64,000 bases of DNA. Source: Rhodospirillales bacterium (GTDB lineage: Bacteria; Pseudomonadota; Alphaproteobacteria; Bin95). Made by a program: the position numbers and the translations under genes. The notes beneath the pieces were generated by a model. That model saw only the letters and a list, made by a program, of their open reading frames with translations. It had not been told where the DNA came from and made no database searches. The stretch covers positions 1 through 64,000 of the forward strand of contig JAYQLI010000035.1 in the NCBI GenBank assembly GCA_038143065.1. The letters are read 5' to 3'. Positions 44,949 through 57,876 of the stretch are shown piece by piece (within the stretch, counting starts at the first letter, position 1; every line of letters begins with the position of its first letter).

Positions 44949-45565
44949 CTAATCGGGATTGGCCTGCAAAGCCTTTTTATAGGCGGTTCGAGACGTGAGT
45001 CTGTCCACATATGCAGAAACATTGGGCTTCTCGCTCATGTCAGCATTCAGCCGTTTGGCTGCAATGCATGCATGACCGGTCATGATGTCTGCACCAGTGA
45101 ATTCTCCCGCTAAAAATTCTTCACCGTTTTCTAGTTGTAACTCCACTGCATCAAGGCTTCTGGTAAGAAGTTTTGTTGCTCGGTCGACATTGACTTCATT
45201 GCGACGTTCTGGTGGGAGAAAAACAGTTTCTACCATGATTACATTGACCTGAGGCATCATCATGCCCTCTGAGTAGTGTAACCATTGCAGATATTGCGCA
45301 TAAAGGGGGATTTTACGTCCGGCAGCATCCGGCCAGCCCCATAGCGCGTGAGAATATACTCCACTATCGCTCCCGACTCGTGGATAACCACGCCGTTGTC
45401 TTCCAGCGCTGGAACGCGACCCATTGGATGAACTTTGAGATATTCAGCGGACCGCATTGCTCGGTCTCCGAGCTTGTGAAACTGAATGTCGTAAGGCAGT
45501 CCTAACTCTTCTAACAGCCAAACAATTCTCGTTGATCTAGAACCTGGAGCATGATGCAGCTTCAT
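44949..45565 (-). CDS. Glutathione S-transferase family protein (frameshifted)
   Basis: RSTRIVWLLEELGLPY, HPMGRVP, ESGAI, GEFTGADI. Confidence 0.9.
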
Positions 45566-45569
45566 TGTG

Positions 45570-46616
45570 TTAGGCCTGAATGGCAGGAAGCCCTAGCTTT
45601 CCTGCGAGTTGACCCAATTTTTCCCAGGTCGCATCCTCAATTTCGACGCCTTTGGCAAGTCTCTCTTTCTTTCGGAGGTGTTCTACCTCGCCAGGATAAT
45701 ATACTTCGCTGAAGCCGGATGCTGGAGGGGTTGATTTTAAATACGCACCAAAATCAGCGACTTCTTGCTTAAACGTCGCCAGATTACGAAAGGCCTCAAC
45801 TTTGAAACAAGCAATAAAGCAGCCGTCATTATGACGACCCGTGGGCTCGACGCCAAACCCCAGCCCAGTCAATAAAGCGGACATGATTTCAACCATCGCC
45901 GATAAGGCGTAGCCTTTGAACCCAACATCACCGCCTAGTGGAAGTAACGCTCCTCCGTTGCCGAGCACGCCAGGGTCAGTTGTAGGCTCTCCATCCGCTC
46001 CTATCAACCAACCAGGAGGCACATGCTCGCCTCGTGCCTGTGCCAACTTAATTTTTCCAGCGGCAGCGGCTGCTGTAGATAAGTCAAAGAAAAGGGGGCC
46101 TTCTAAATTAGATGGGACCGCGATTGAGATGGGATTAGTGCCTAGCCGTGCTTCTCGCCCGCCAAAGGGCGCAACTTGCTTTGGTGCTCTGCCGGAGTCT
46201 GCCGTCATGAGACCGATCATGCCCGCCTCTGCTGCCATTAGAGGGTAAGCAGCTACACGGCCAACATGGCCTTGGCGATAAATTGTAGTAGCAGCAACGT
46301 TTTGTGTTTTTGCCTTTTCAATTGTCATTTGCATGGCACGCTCAGTTTGGACATACCCAAACCCCCAATGAGCATCTACCACTGTGGTCGTTGCGCTTTC
46401 CTGTACAACGTCAAATTTTGCACCAGGAACGATATGCCCTTTTTCAATACGATCGCAGTATGTTGGGATTTGGATGATGCCATGACTGTCGTGACCGGCA
46501 AGATTTGCTTCAACGCAGTGCCGGGCTACAGTTTCTGCTTCATCTCTGGGCGCGCCAGAGGCTTCCAAGAGGTCTGCTGCGATACTCCGAAGAGTTTCGG
46601 GAGAAATTCTTGGCAT
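45570..46616 (-). CDS. Ldh_2 family oxidoreductase
   Basis: GHDSHG, HVGR, VAPFGG..LGTNPI, DLST, GFKGYAL, YPGE. Confidence 0.9.
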   Translation of the reverse strand: MPRISPETLRSIAADLLEASGAPRDEAETVARHCVEANLAGHDSHGIIQIPTYCDRIEKGHIVPGAKFDVVQESATTTVVDAHWGFGYVQTERAMQMTIEKAKTQNVAATTIYRQGHVGRVAAYPLMAAEAGMIGLMTADSGRAPKQVAPFGGREARLGTNPISIAVPSNLEGPLFFDLSTAAAAAGKIKLAQARGEHVPPGWLIGADGEPTTDPGVLGNGGALLPLGGDVGFKGYALSAMVEIMSALLTGLGFGVEPTGRHNDGCFIACFKVEAFRNLATFKQEVADFGAYLKSTPPASGFSEVYYPGEVEHLRKKERLAKGVEIEDATWEKLGQLAGKLGLPAIQA

Positions 46617-46620
46617 TATT

Positions 46621-48953
46621 TTAAACCCTTACCTTGGCTTTAGATTTTTTTGACTTCTGTGTTTCCGATCCAGGAAAGCGAAAAGCCAGTTCCTTTCCGC
46701 CCTTTGCCAGTATTACCTCGACAGCACCGCCATCAGAGAGCTTTCCGAATAGAAGTTCCTCAGCCAATGGCTTTTTTATATGTTCCTGTATGATACGGGC
46801 TAGGGGGCGTGCTCCATATTCGGGGCTGTAACCTTTGTCGCCAATCCAAGCACGAGCTTTAGAGGAGATTTCTATTGATACTCCTCGTTCTGCAAGTTGT
46901 CCCTCTAACTCTGCAACAAATTTATCGACGACGCGGTCGATAACTTCTGGCGGCAGTGTTTTGAATGAGATGATTGCATCTAGTCGATTTCTGAATTCTG
47001 GCGTGAACAATTTATTGATTGCTTCTTGATCATCACCCTCCCGAATAGATCGTCCAAAACCTATTGCGGGCTTTGCTAAATCAGCAGCACCTGCGTTAGT
47101 GGTCATTATCAAGATGACGTTTCTGAAATCAACTTGCTTACCAGAATGGTCTGTAAGCTTGCCATGATCCATGATCTGCAGCAGAACGTTATAGACGTCT
47201 GGGTGAGCTTTTTCGATTTCGTCTAGCAGAAGAACAACATGCGGGTTCTTATCGACTGCGTCAGTTAGCATTCCACCTTGATCGAAGCCAACATACCCTG
47301 GTGGGGCACCTATTAGGCGGGATACTGAGTGCCTTTCCATGTACTCAGACATATCAAATCTAACAAGTTCGACGCCAAGTGTTTTTGCAAGTTGTTTGGC
47401 AGCTTCAGTTTTGCCTACCCCTGTTGGACCTGCAAAAAGGTAGTTGCCTATTGGCTTTTCAGGCTGCCTTAAGCCTGCGCGAGCCAATTTAACCGCGCAT
47501 GCTAGCGCTTCAATTGCTGGGCCCTGTCCAAAAACTGCAGCCTTTAGATCTGCTTCTAAGGTTCCCAGTGCTTGTTTGTCATCTCGACTGACTGATTTTG
47601 GCGGAATTCGTGCGATCTTTGCTACGATTGCCTCGACATCTTTTATGCCGATCGTTTTTTTCTTCGACTTTCTGGAAGTAACATTTGCGCAGCACCAACT
47701 TCATCGATGACATCGATCGCTTTATCGGGCAGCTTGCGGTCATTAATGTATCTAGCTGAAAGCTCGACGGCAGTTCTTATCGCATCGCGAGTGAAGCGCA
47801 CTTGGTGGTGTTCTTCATACTCAGGCTTTAAGCCCATCATAATCTTAATAGCGTCGTCTACAGAAGGTTCGTTTACGTCAATTTTCTGGAACCGACGAAC
47901 CAGAGCTCGGTCTTTTTCAAAATACGAGCGGTATTCCTTGTATGTAGTTGAGCCGATACACCTAAGGGATCCAGAAGCGAGGGCTGGTTTAAGAAGATTG
48001 GAAGCATCCATTGAGCCACCAGATGTAGCACCGGCACCAATCATCGTATGGATTTCGTCGATAAATAAAATTGAGCCAGGCCTATCTTCGAGCTCCTTCA
48101 AAACGGCCTTAATCCGTTCCTCAAAGTCACCTCGATAGCGAGTTCCAGCTAATAAAGAACCCATATCCAGAGCGTAAATAACTGCATCGGATAATACGTC
48201 TGGGGTCTCACCTTCCACTATTCGGCGAGCTAACCCCTCTGCTATTGCAGTTTTACCAACGCCCGGATCACCAACTAAAAGCGGGTTATTTTTGGTTCTC
48301 CGGCAAAGGATTTGGATGAGTCGTTCAAGTTCTGGGCCACGACCAATTAAAGGATCGATGCTTCCATCCTCTGCCTTTTCATTCAAGTCGACGCAGTATG
48401 CTTCAAGAGCCTCAGCTCCAGATTTGTGTTCGTCCTGTTCATCGCCCTGGTTGCCACGTTCTTGGTTGCGGCGCTCTTGCTCTCCCTCGGGTCTACGGCG
48501 TTCATTTTTTCCAGGAGCTTTGGCGACGCCGTGCGAAATATATTGAACGGCATCAAGTCGAGTCATGTCCTGCTGGTGAAGATAAAAAACAGCGTGACTT
48601 TCTCGTTCCGAGAAAAGAGCAACTAAAACGTTAGCGCCTGTGACTTCTTCTCTGCCGGACGACTGTACATGAATTGCAGCCCGCTGCAGCACTCGCTGGA
48701 AGCCGGCTGTCGGTTTAGGATCATTTTCGTCAGATTCAGTCGCTATGATGCTGCCGAACTCACTCTCTACATATTTAACCAGATTTGCCCGAAGTTTTTC
48801 CACATCCACGGCACAAGCAGTTAATACCGCTAATGCATCTCGATCATCCATCAAAGCAATCAGGAGGTGCTCCAGCGTCGCATATTCATGCCTATGATCA
48901 CGCGCAGTTCCAATCGCTCGGTGTAATGTATCTTCAAGGTTGCGGGACAGCAT
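46621..48953 (-). CDS. clpA: ATP-dependent Clp protease ATP-binding subunit ClpA (frameshifted)
   Basis: [11 protein letters not shown]-domain, GDPGVGKT and GPTGVGKTE Walker A motifs, GAPPGYVG; lies downstream of clpS. Confidence 0.96.
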
Positions 48954-48981
48954 TTATTAGGTCCCTCCACAGATTAGAGAA

Positions 48982-49311
48982 TTATTCTTTTTCTAGCGTA
49001 AGCTGGAGTGGATGCTCATGTCGACGGGCAAATTCCACAACTTCAGTAACTTTTGTTTCAGCAACTTCATAGGTGTAAACGCCACATATCCCGATTCCCC
49101 GCCGATGGACGTGCAACATTACTTGAGTTGCTTCTTCACGCGACTTTCGGAAAAAAGACTCCAAATCATGCAGCACAAATTGCATTGGAGTGTAGTCGTC
49201 ATTCAGCATTAAGACCTTATACATGGAAGGTTTTTTGGTCTTTGGCTTAGACTTTAAAGCGACACCTGTGTCTGTGCCATTGTCGCTTATATTTTCGTTA
49301 TCATCGCTCAT
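48982..49311 (-). CDS. clpS: ATP-dependent Clp protease adaptor ClpS
   Basis: [30 protein letters not shown]. Confidence 0.95.
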   Translation of the reverse strand: MSDDNENISDNGTDTGVALKSKPKTKKPSMYKVLMLNDDYTPMQFVLHDLESFFRKSREEATQVMLHVHRRGIGICGVYTYEVAETKVTEVVEFARRHEHPLQLTLEKE

Positions 49312-49398
49312 TTCGTTATGAGGATCCTCTTTGTGGGCACACGTCAAATTCTATATTAAAGAATATGGCGGTCTTGCAGAACAAGGAAAGGGCTGGTG

Positions 49399-50917
49399 TC
49401 ACTCTTCATTCTTGGAAAGATTAACAGCAAGCTTTCTAGCGCTGCTTTCCAAATATTTTCGATCGACTTTATTTGTGCTTGCGAGTGGCAGAGCATCAAG
49501 GAAAAAAATCATTCTAGGATGCGCATAAGCTGGTCCATTTTTCAGAGTAAATTTTCTCAATTCGTCTTCATTTGCAGCATTTTTCGAGGCCAGAACAACA
49601 AACGCAACAGGAGCCTGGCCTTTAACGCTATGAGGCACAGAAACTACTGCCGACTGGGCAACTGCCGGGTGCTTTTCCAGTATTGCCTCGACCTCTGCCG
49701 GATAAACATTTTCTCCACCGCAATTAAACATGTCATCCATTCGAGAGACGAACCAGTAAAAACCGTCGTTATCACGGCGCAGGACATCGCCGGTACGAAA
49801 CCAACCATCCCCCGGTAGTTTTGCTGATGAAGCATCTGGTAAATTATGATAGCCCAGCATCACTCCTGGGTTTCGAACCCAAAGTTCTCCTGTAGCAGGT
49901 CCGCCTTCATCAGTGGGTTCAGAGGGATCTTCCACTAGCATGGTGTCACCTCCAGAAAGAGGGAAGCCACAAGACCCAATTGGGCGTGGGAGGCCGTCAG
50001 GATGATCACCAAACATTCTCGGCCCCCCTCTGTAACGCCATATTGAATGGTAATTTTGGGGTTGTTAAATGTTTCTTGCACTTGCCGAATTAATAGAGGA
50101 GCCGCCAGAGCGGAGCCCATAGATACCTCGCGCACAGAGGTTAGGTTAGTACTTTTTAATAGATCTTTTTCCAACATCAGCATGGAAATCATGGCTGGAA
50201 CACCCGAAATCGTTTCGGGTCGATAATCTTCAATTGCTTGTATATAGGTCCTAGCATCAAAACGAGGCATAAGAACTATGCGGGCTCCTTTTGCGAACGC
50301 AGTTTTTGTCACCATCAAGGCGTTCTTGTGATAGAGCGGAGCGGCTACTAAGAAAGTACTGTCTGCTGTTGCCCATTTTGCTGTAGTCGGTCCCCACATC
50401 TGGCCTGCATGGCTGAGTAAAACGCCTTTGGGTTTGCCTGTAGACCCAGATGTGTAAGGCTGAAGTGCTACTGTATCGGTGGAAGGCACGAATGGATCAA
50501 ATGGCCCTGGATCAAGAAAACGGTCAAATTCTTCACCGAATTGGATTGCTGGAACATTTTCAGGGATCAGATGTTCAAACTCTTTCTCCGTGAACAGAAG
50601 TTTGCATCCGGCATCTTCCAAAATGTAAGAAATAATATCGGGAGACAGCTTGATATTAATTGGAGCTGGAACGAAACCACCTCGCATAGCCCCAAAGAAA
50701 ACTCCCAAATATTCGTGCCTATTTAATGATAGGACACCAACACGATCTCCGGTGTTGAGACCAAATCTTTAAGTCCTCGAGCAACAGCATTTGATAGATC
50801 ATCAATGTCATCAAAGGTGAGTGTCTTTTCTTGACCGTTTGCAAGATCGATCAGCGCTCTACGGTTCTGGCCTAAATGATCGGAAAAAATGCAGCCTAAA
50901 TTCGCTTTACTAGGCAT
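49399..50917 (-). CDS. Acyl-CoA synthetase / class I adenylate-forming enzyme (frameshifted)
   Basis: YTSGSTGKPKG, YGVTE, FRTGD, CGGENVYP, STNKVDR. Confidence 0.9.
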
Positions 50918-50998
50918 GATAGAATTTCCTAATTTTTTTAAAGTTTTTTTTAAAAGTTTAAACATTTCAAATTTTTATAAAATTTTATTCCAGTTAAA

Positions 50999-51325
50999 TC
51001 ACAATAGACTTTGGGTGTGATTCGGTAACTTTAACATAAGGCCATCATCATCTGCAGTTAGTACAATTTGACAACCGAGCCGGCTGGTAGCCGATACCCC
51101 GGGAACAAGGTCTAATAGTGAGTCTTCCTCTTCGCTCGGAGGCGGTAGGCGATCAAAATCATGTTCCTCGAGGATCACATGACATGTCGAGCAGGCCATG
51201 GAGCCTTCACAGTCACCTTCGATTTCCAAATTGAGCCGCCAAGCAAGCGCTAATATTGATTCTCCAACATTCCCCTCGACCTCTTGAGGCGGCTTTCCTT
51301 CTCTTTGAAAAATCACTCTTGGCAT
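50999..51325 (-). CDS. fdx: Adrenodoxin-type [2Fe-2S] ferredoxin
   Basis: CEGSMACSTCHV and SRLGCQ. Confidence 0.92.
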   Translation of the reverse strand: MPRVIFQREGKPPQEVEGNVGESILALAWRLNLEIEGDCEGSMACSTCHVILEEHDFDRLPPPSEEEDSLLDLVPGVSATSRLGCQIVLTADDDGLMLKLPNHTQSLL

Positions 51326-51339
51326 TGCACTTTAACGTT

Positions 51340-52499
51340 TTAGTCGTCAGAGCTTCGAAAACTAGCAGCGGATGCGAGGGTTTGAGCAGCGCTTTCAATT
51401 TCCGCGTAGGTTGTCATTCTGCCAAAACCAATTCGAAGAGCGCCCTCTGCCTCTGCGGCGCTAGCTGAAATAGCTTGAAGCACATAAGAAGGCTCAACGG
51501 CTGCAGATGAGCAAGCAGAACCCGTTGAAATCGCGATATTTGGAGCGTTCTTCATTACCTGCAGAGCCGAAATTCCTTCAAAGGATATGTTTAAATTTCC
51601 GGCAACCGGTTGGTCATAGAACCATTAACCTTAAATTTTGCTCCCAAGTTTTCCAGAATATTGCAAAATTGAGTACGGAAGAGCAGTAACTGTTCTGCCT
51701 CAGTTTCCATTTCTTCTAGTGCTATTTCAGCGGCTGAGCCAAATCCAACGCAAAGGGCAGCTGGAACAGTCCCAGATCTCAATCCGCGTTCTTGCCCGCC
51801 ACCTTGAAAGATTGGTAAAAGTCGGGCTCTTGGCCGACGGCGCACATACAATGCACCTATCCCTTTTGGGCCATACATCTTATGTGCAGAAATGCTTGCA
51901 AGATCAACGCATATATTGTTGAAATTCATGGGAATTTTTCCAATTGCTTGCGCTGCATCGACGTGGAGTAGGGCTCCTGCTGCCCTTGTTAGCTCTCCAG
52001 CTTCTTCAATCGGTTGTATGGTTCCAATTTCATTATTTGCTGCCATCAGAGACACCAAAGACGTTGGTTTTTTAAGAGCTTCCCTCAAGGCATCGAGATT
52101 AGCGAAACCTTCTGATGTAACCGGTAGAATTTCGACTTCGAAGCCTTCTTCTTTTAAGGACAGGGCGGACTCCAAAACGCATTTATGTTCAAAGGCAAAA
52201 ATAAGCACACGTTTAACTCCATCACCCATTCGGGCCCGAAAGCGTGCTGCGCCCATAATTGCAAGATTGTTAGATTCGGTGGCACCTGATGTGAAAACAA
52301 TTTCTCTGGAGTCAGCTCCGATAAGCCTTGCAAGTTTTTGTCGTGCGGCCTCGACGGCTAATTCCGCCTTTTGGCCAAACTGGTGCTGTGTTGAGTGTGG
52401 ATTGCCAAAGTCTTGACGCAGAAACGGCAACATAGCTTCCAGTGCTCTGGAATCCAACGGCGTTGTTGCTTGGTAATCAAGATAAATAGCGCTTGTCAT
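51340..52499 (-). CDS. iscS: IscS-type cysteine desulfurase (frameshifted)
   Basis: YLDYQATTP, FTSGATE, NNEIG, SAHKMYGPKGIG, RSGT, STGSACSS. Confidence 0.88.
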
Positions 52500-53617
52500 T
52501 GATCCAGGCCCATCGCATCTTTGCGAACCTTTTTACTATATAAATTGCTCCAAGCTTGCACGAAGCTGTCAACCTCCTCTTGGGTTGTTTCTGGCCCGAG
52601 ACTTACTCGAATTGTTGAGTTGGCCTGCTCCTCAGAAACACCCATTGCCATCAATACGTGGCTGGATGTCACCTTTCCTGAAGAACAGGCAGCACCAGCA
52701 GAAACAGCAAAGCCCGCTAGGTCGAATGCTATAACTTGAGTTTCGGCTCTAGTACCTGTCATCGATATAGCGGACGTATTTGAAAGACGAGGAGCTTCCG
52801 TTCCAGCTATGTAACATCCAGGATGAATTCTTCGTATACCTGCCTCCAGCCGATTGCGAAGATTACAAACGAACTCAGCCGAAGATAGCCTCGTTGAAAT
52901 TTCTGTTAATGCGCCATTAAAACCGGCAATTCCGAATACGTTTTCGGTTCCTCCTCGAATTCCTCGTTCTTGGCCGCCGCCTAAGATGATGGGTTTTGGA
53001 GATAGTCCATTTCTAAATACAGCGGCTCCTACCCCCAAGGGGCCTCCGATCTTCGATGCTGACAGAGCTATCGCATCTGCACCTAATGACCCTATATCGA
53101 TCTCCAATTTCCCAAAGGCTTGTGCGCAATCAACTGCGAGCAAGCCTCCAGCAGAGTGGACGATGTCAGCGACCTCCTCAACGGGTTGAATTACACCTGT
53201 CTCATTATTTGCCAGCATCAATGCTACGACTGCGTCGCTTCCATCTTTACCTAAAAGGTGCTTGAGAGAATCACAGTCAATCTGGCCATTATTCTTGACT
53301 GTAATAAACGAGGCACCCGGCGCATTCCCGAGAACAGCAGAGTGTTCGATCGCCGATACAATCAGCCGCCTGCGGTTTGAAAGTCGCAAAATTAGCGCAC
53401 AAGCTTCAGTACCAGAACTTGTAAAAGTTATGTCCTCGTATCGAGCTCCAACAGCGCTGGCAAGACTAGCGCGCGTGTCTTCTATAACCTGGTGAGCATA
53501 GCGACCATATTTGTGCACAGAGGATGGATTTGCTTGATGCTCCATAGCCGCCTTCATAGCTGCTCGGGCGCCCGATGATAGTGGCGCTGCAGCGTTGTAG
53601 TCCAAATATACGGTCAT
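52496..53617 (-). CDS. NifS-like cysteine desulfurase
   Basis: YLDYNA, NPSSVH, ANNETG, SASKIGGP, GTEN, SAGAACSSG, IRVSLG. Confidence 0.88.
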   Translation of the reverse strand: MTVYLDYNAAAPLSSGARAAMKAAMEHQANPSSVHKYGRYAHQVIEDTRASLASAVGARYEDITFTSSGTEACALILRLSNRRRLIVSAIEHSAVLGNAPGASFITVKNNGQIDCDSLKHLLGKDGSDAVVALMLANNETGVIQPVEEVADIVHSAGGLLAVDCAQAFGKLEIDIGSLGADAIALSASKIGGPLGVGAAVFRNGLSPKPIILGGGQERGIRGGTENVFGIAGFNGALTEISTRLSSAEFVCNLRNRLEAGIRRIHPGCYIAGTEAPRLSNTSAISMTGTRAETQVIAFDLAGFAVSAGAACSSGKVTSSHVLMAMGVSEEQANSTIRVSLGPETTQEEVDSFVQAWSNLYSKKVRKDAMGLDQ

Positions 53618-53747
53618 ATGTTATTGCGTCGTCACGCCCTCAGAGGTCTTCTTGAAAATAACCCAAAAAAAGCGCATTTCTACACATTAAGTCATTAATG
53701 ATTAAAAATGTTCAGTTTAACTGCGCTCCAGATAAAGAAAGCAAATC

Positions 53748-54449
53748 ATGGCAGAAGTTATAATAACTGGCCCTGAAGGACGTTTGGAAGGCCGATATCA
53801 TCATGTCGAGTCCAGTACAGCTCCCTTGGCAGTGATCTTACATCCTCATCCTCAGTACGGTGGAAATATGAATAACCGTGTTGTGCAAGGGCTTGCCCAT
53901 ATGTTTGCAAAGCGCGGGTTTGGCACACTTCGGTTTAACTTTCGTGGTGTAGGTCGATCTCAAGGCCAGTACGGTCGAGGTGAAGGTGAGTTGATGGATG
54001 CAGCAGCAGCCCTTGATTGGCTGCAAACTCTGAAACCAGAGTCAAAAACTGTATGGGTAGCAGGTTTTTCATTCGGTGCTTGGATTGGCATGCAGCTTCT
54101 GATGCGACGTCCTGAAATGGGAGGCTTCATTTCAATTTCCCCGCCGGCGAACATGTATGATTTTTCTTTCTTGGCACCTTGCCCATCTTCAGGGCTCATA
54201 ATTCACGGTGATGCAGACGAAATTGTGCCCCAGGAGGCCGTTTTACGTTTGGTGGATAAATTGGCGCTCCAAAAAGGTATCATCGTTGATTACGAAAATA
54301 TTGAAGGGGCGGGGCATCTCTTTGGAAAAAAACTTGAGATGATGTTAGGGCGTTGTGAGGCTTACCTTGATAGAAGAATTGAGGAAGACGGCATCTTCCA
54401 ATCTGTATCAGCTGAAGAGGCAGCCGATTTGGCGACTGCCGTTGGTTAG
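53748..54449 (+). CDS. Conserved alpha/beta hydrolase typical of Fe-S loci
   Basis: GPEGRLEGRY, HPHPQYGG, RFNFRGVG, GFSFG, PCPSSG, GAGH. Confidence 0.88.
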   Translation: MAEVIITGPEGRLEGRYHHVESSTAPLAVILHPHPQYGGNMNNRVVQGLAHMFAKRGFGTLRFNFRGVGRSQGQYGRGEGELMDAAAALDWLQTLKPESKTVWVAGFSFGAWIGMQLLMRRPEMGGFISISPPANMYDFSFLAPCPSSGLIIHGDADEIVPQEAVLRLVDKLALQKGIIVDYENIEGAGHLFGKKLEMMLGRCEAYLDRRIEEDGIFQSVSAEEAADLATAVG

Positions 54450-55526
54450 TTAGTCTGGAAGGACAACCCGGCCTCCTAACATCGGGGTGGGGACACCAGT
54501 TGTTTGTGGAAAACTGATAGGCAGTTTCAGTTCGGTGCGCACTGCCAGATAAGCGAATGCTTGTGCCTCAATATCGTCGCCGTTGAAACCAATACTTTCG
54601 ATTGGTTCGACTTGCGTTTTTGACAAGAGCTCTTATCCTTTCCAGGATATAAGAGTTGTTGCGTCCACCACCAGTTATTAGCCAATGCCTTGGAGGGCGC
54701 GGAAGTATGTCTATTACTTTTGCAACACTTTGAGCAGTAATCTCAGATAAAGTTGCGGCGCCATTTTCCAATGAATCCCCAGTCACTAATTTCCAACTAA
54801 AATCTAATCTATCAAGTGACTTGGGCGGTGGACGCTTGAAGAAGATAGATGAGAGTGCGTTGTTAACGCAGGTTTTGTTTGTATGCCCCATGCGCGCAAA
54901 TCGGCCATCTTTATCAAAGGGTTCGCCTGTATTTTCAAAAACCCAATCATCTATTGGGCCATTTCCAGGACCAACATCACACGCGACCAATATTCCATTT
55001 TCATCGATCCACGTAATGTTGGCTACGCCGCCGATATTAACAATTGCAAGAGGCCGCAATGCCACTCTGGAGGCAATCGCTGCATGGTAAATTGGAGCTA
55101 AAGGTGCGCCCTCTCCACCAGCTTTCACATCAGCTGATCTGAAGTCAAAAGCTACTTTAATGCCTGTCTTCTGAGCAAGAGATTTACCGTCACCAATTTG
55201 TAAAGTGATCCCTTCGGCAGGCCTATGTTTTACAGTGTGGCCATGAAATCCAATGATATCGATTGCACTATTAGAAAGACCTTCTTTCTTAAGGAGTATT
55301 TCGATCGCTTCTCTATGTTTGTCCGTTAATTCCATCTCGATGGCTTTAGGGTCAATTTCTCCATCAATAACTTTACGCAGCCTCAGTCGAAATTCGGCCG
55401 GATAAGGAAGATAGAAGCAGAGGCGATTGGCGTTATATGACTGTTTCCATCTGTATCAATTAATGCCACATCAATGCCATCCATCGATGTTCCACTCATC
55501 AAACCAATGGCTCGAAAAATTTTCAC
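54450..55526 (-). CDS. anmK: Anhydro-N-acetylmuramic acid kinase (frameshifted)
   Basis: [51 protein letters not shown]; divergent from tyrS. Confidence 0.93.
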
Positions 55527-55613
55527 GCAAGAACCCTCTTCTGGCATCTGCTTGGGTGCTGTGCTAATCGCAGTGTCATTGTTTATTTATCGCCTTTAGG
55601 GCTATGAGCGAAG

Positions 55614-56878
55614 ATGAGTGATCTTTCCAGCGACTTTATGCGCACTATGACCTCGCGAGGGTTTTTGCACCAGTGCACGGATCAAATTGGCCTTGACCAA
55701 AAGGCAGCTGGGAAACAACCCATAGCTGCGTACATAGGGGTTCGATTGCACGGCAGATAGCCTGCACGTCGGAAGTCTGGTCCAAATTATGATGTTGCGT
55801 TGGCTGCAGAAGACTGGCCACAAACCTATTGTGCTGATGGGGGGTGGGACTACAAAAATAGGTGATCCATCTGGGAAAGATGAGGCTCGTCAATTAATCA
55901 CCGAGGATATCATCAAAGCTAATATGGCTGGCATTAAAAGGGTCTTTGAAAAATTTTTGACCTTTGGGGATGGTCCTACTGACGCAGTAATGGTCGATAA
56001 TGCGGAGTGGCTTGATCAGCTAAAATATATCCCACTTTTAAGAGAAGTAGGTCGTCATTTCTCTGTAAATAGAATGTTAACTATGGACTCAGTCCGGCTC
56101 CGATTAGATAGAGAGCAGCCTCTGTCATTCTTGGAGTTTAACTACATGGTTCTTCAAGCATACGACTTTGCTGAGTTGGCTCGTCGTCACGGTTGTACTC
56201 TCCAAATGGGTGGGTCTGATCAGTGGGGTAATATTGTCATGGGTGTCGATCTGGCGCGCCGTATGGACGGTAATGAAGTTTTTGGAATGACAACGCCGTT
56301 AATTACCACCGCTAATGGTGCAAAGATGGGTAAAACGGCTTCAGGTGCAATTTGGCTAAATGAAGAGCGTTTATCCGCCTACGATTATTGGCAGTTTTGG
56401 CGCAATACAGCGGATGGCGACGTAGGGCGTTTCCTTCGTCTTTTTACCGACCTGCCTCTCAAAGAAATAGAGGATTTGGAGAGTTTAGAGGGGGTAGAAC
56501 TCAATGAGGCTAAGAAGCGGTTAGCTACTGAGGCAACCGCTATGGCCCATGGGCGGGATGCAGCGAATGCAGCTGCCGAGACGGCTAGGCAGACCTTTGA
56601 AGAGGGAAGTTTGAAGGCCGCGCTGCCATCTATTGAAGTTGATAAAAAAGCACTGGAAGCAGGTATTCCTGCTTATGAGTGTTTTGCGTCTGGCTGGGCT
56701 TGTCAATTCAAATGGAGAAGGTCGACGTTTAATCAAAGGAGGTGGAGCTCGGCTGAACGATGTCTCTATTTCTTCTGAGGATAAAATAATCTCTCTTGAT
56801 GACGCGGGTACTGCGGGTTCAATAAAATTGTCGGCGGGCAAGAAGCGACACGTGCTTTTAAAGCCTACGTATTCGTAG
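55614..56878 (+). CDS. tyrS: Tyrosine--tRNA ligase (frameshifted)
   Basis: [13 protein letters not shown] (HIGH-like), [16 protein letters not shown]4-like C-terminus ending GKKRH. Confidence 0.96.
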
Positions 56879-56983
56879 GCGAATTTTTTTGAAAATTTTG
56901 TTTCTAGTCGGTATCTAGCCACAAAAAGGTATCTTTGGTTCCTCTTCTTTTTGTAAGATGCGCCTTTACAAGCTGAGAGAATT

Positions 56984-57876
56984 TTACTGGCTGCTCGAGC
57001 CAATTTTAGTTTGCTGATTTTGACTTAGCCAAGCTGCAGCGCCGTGAGCTAACAAGGCACCAACTATGAGGAAACCTCCCATAATGGTTGGGTTTTGAGG
57101 GATCTCTCCTAACACTACCCAAGCCCAGATTGGTCCTAAAGCTGTCTCAAGCAGCATCAACAGGCCAACTTCTGCTGCTGGCAGACGGCGAGGCCCCAAG
57201 GTTATGAGGATTAGCGAAACCGGAAGGAGAAAAAGTCCAACAAAAATTAAATTGGGCCAGTCAGATGCAATTGGTAACAATGTATCTGTCATTAAAATTG
57301 CAAATATAGCAGTTAAGCCAGCGCTTAAACCAAGTGCTGGGGTTAGGTCCTGGTTGCTCTTCACGCGGCCTATTATAAAAAACAGAGCTATAGAGATCGC
57401 AGTTGCAAACGCAGCAAGAGCACCCATGACTGTTTCAGATTTTATGTTGGCTTCGAAAATGATTGCGATGCCTGCGGCGATACCCAATGCGGCTACCCAT
57501 GTTCGCATTGCCAGCTTTTCGCCAATTACCCGACCAAAGATAGCAGCAAAGATTGGTGCTGTTGCGATAATGGCTAATGTGTCAGCTACGGTTGTATAAT
57601 TTAAAGCAAAAATGAACCCTAAGTTACTTATGGCCCAGCAGGCTGCTGCCGCTGGTAATGCCCATCAAGGCGCTTCATGTCGTGAATGAGCTGATGCTTG
57701 CGTGTTAGCAATAGCCACGCCCATACCGCTAAACATAATAGTAATGCTCGCCAAAAAATCGCTGTCCAAATGTCAGATTCGATGAGTTTAAATAGTGTCG
57801 CATCTGGCGATAAGACGATCGCGCCTAATGCAGTCAATGCAAATCCTATCCAATAGGACCTAGATTGACCTCTCAT
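56984..57876 (-). CDS. DMT family transporter (frameshifted)
   Basis: LSPDA, AIFWR, GPRRLPAAEV.L.MLLE..GPIW...GE. Confidence 0.82.
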
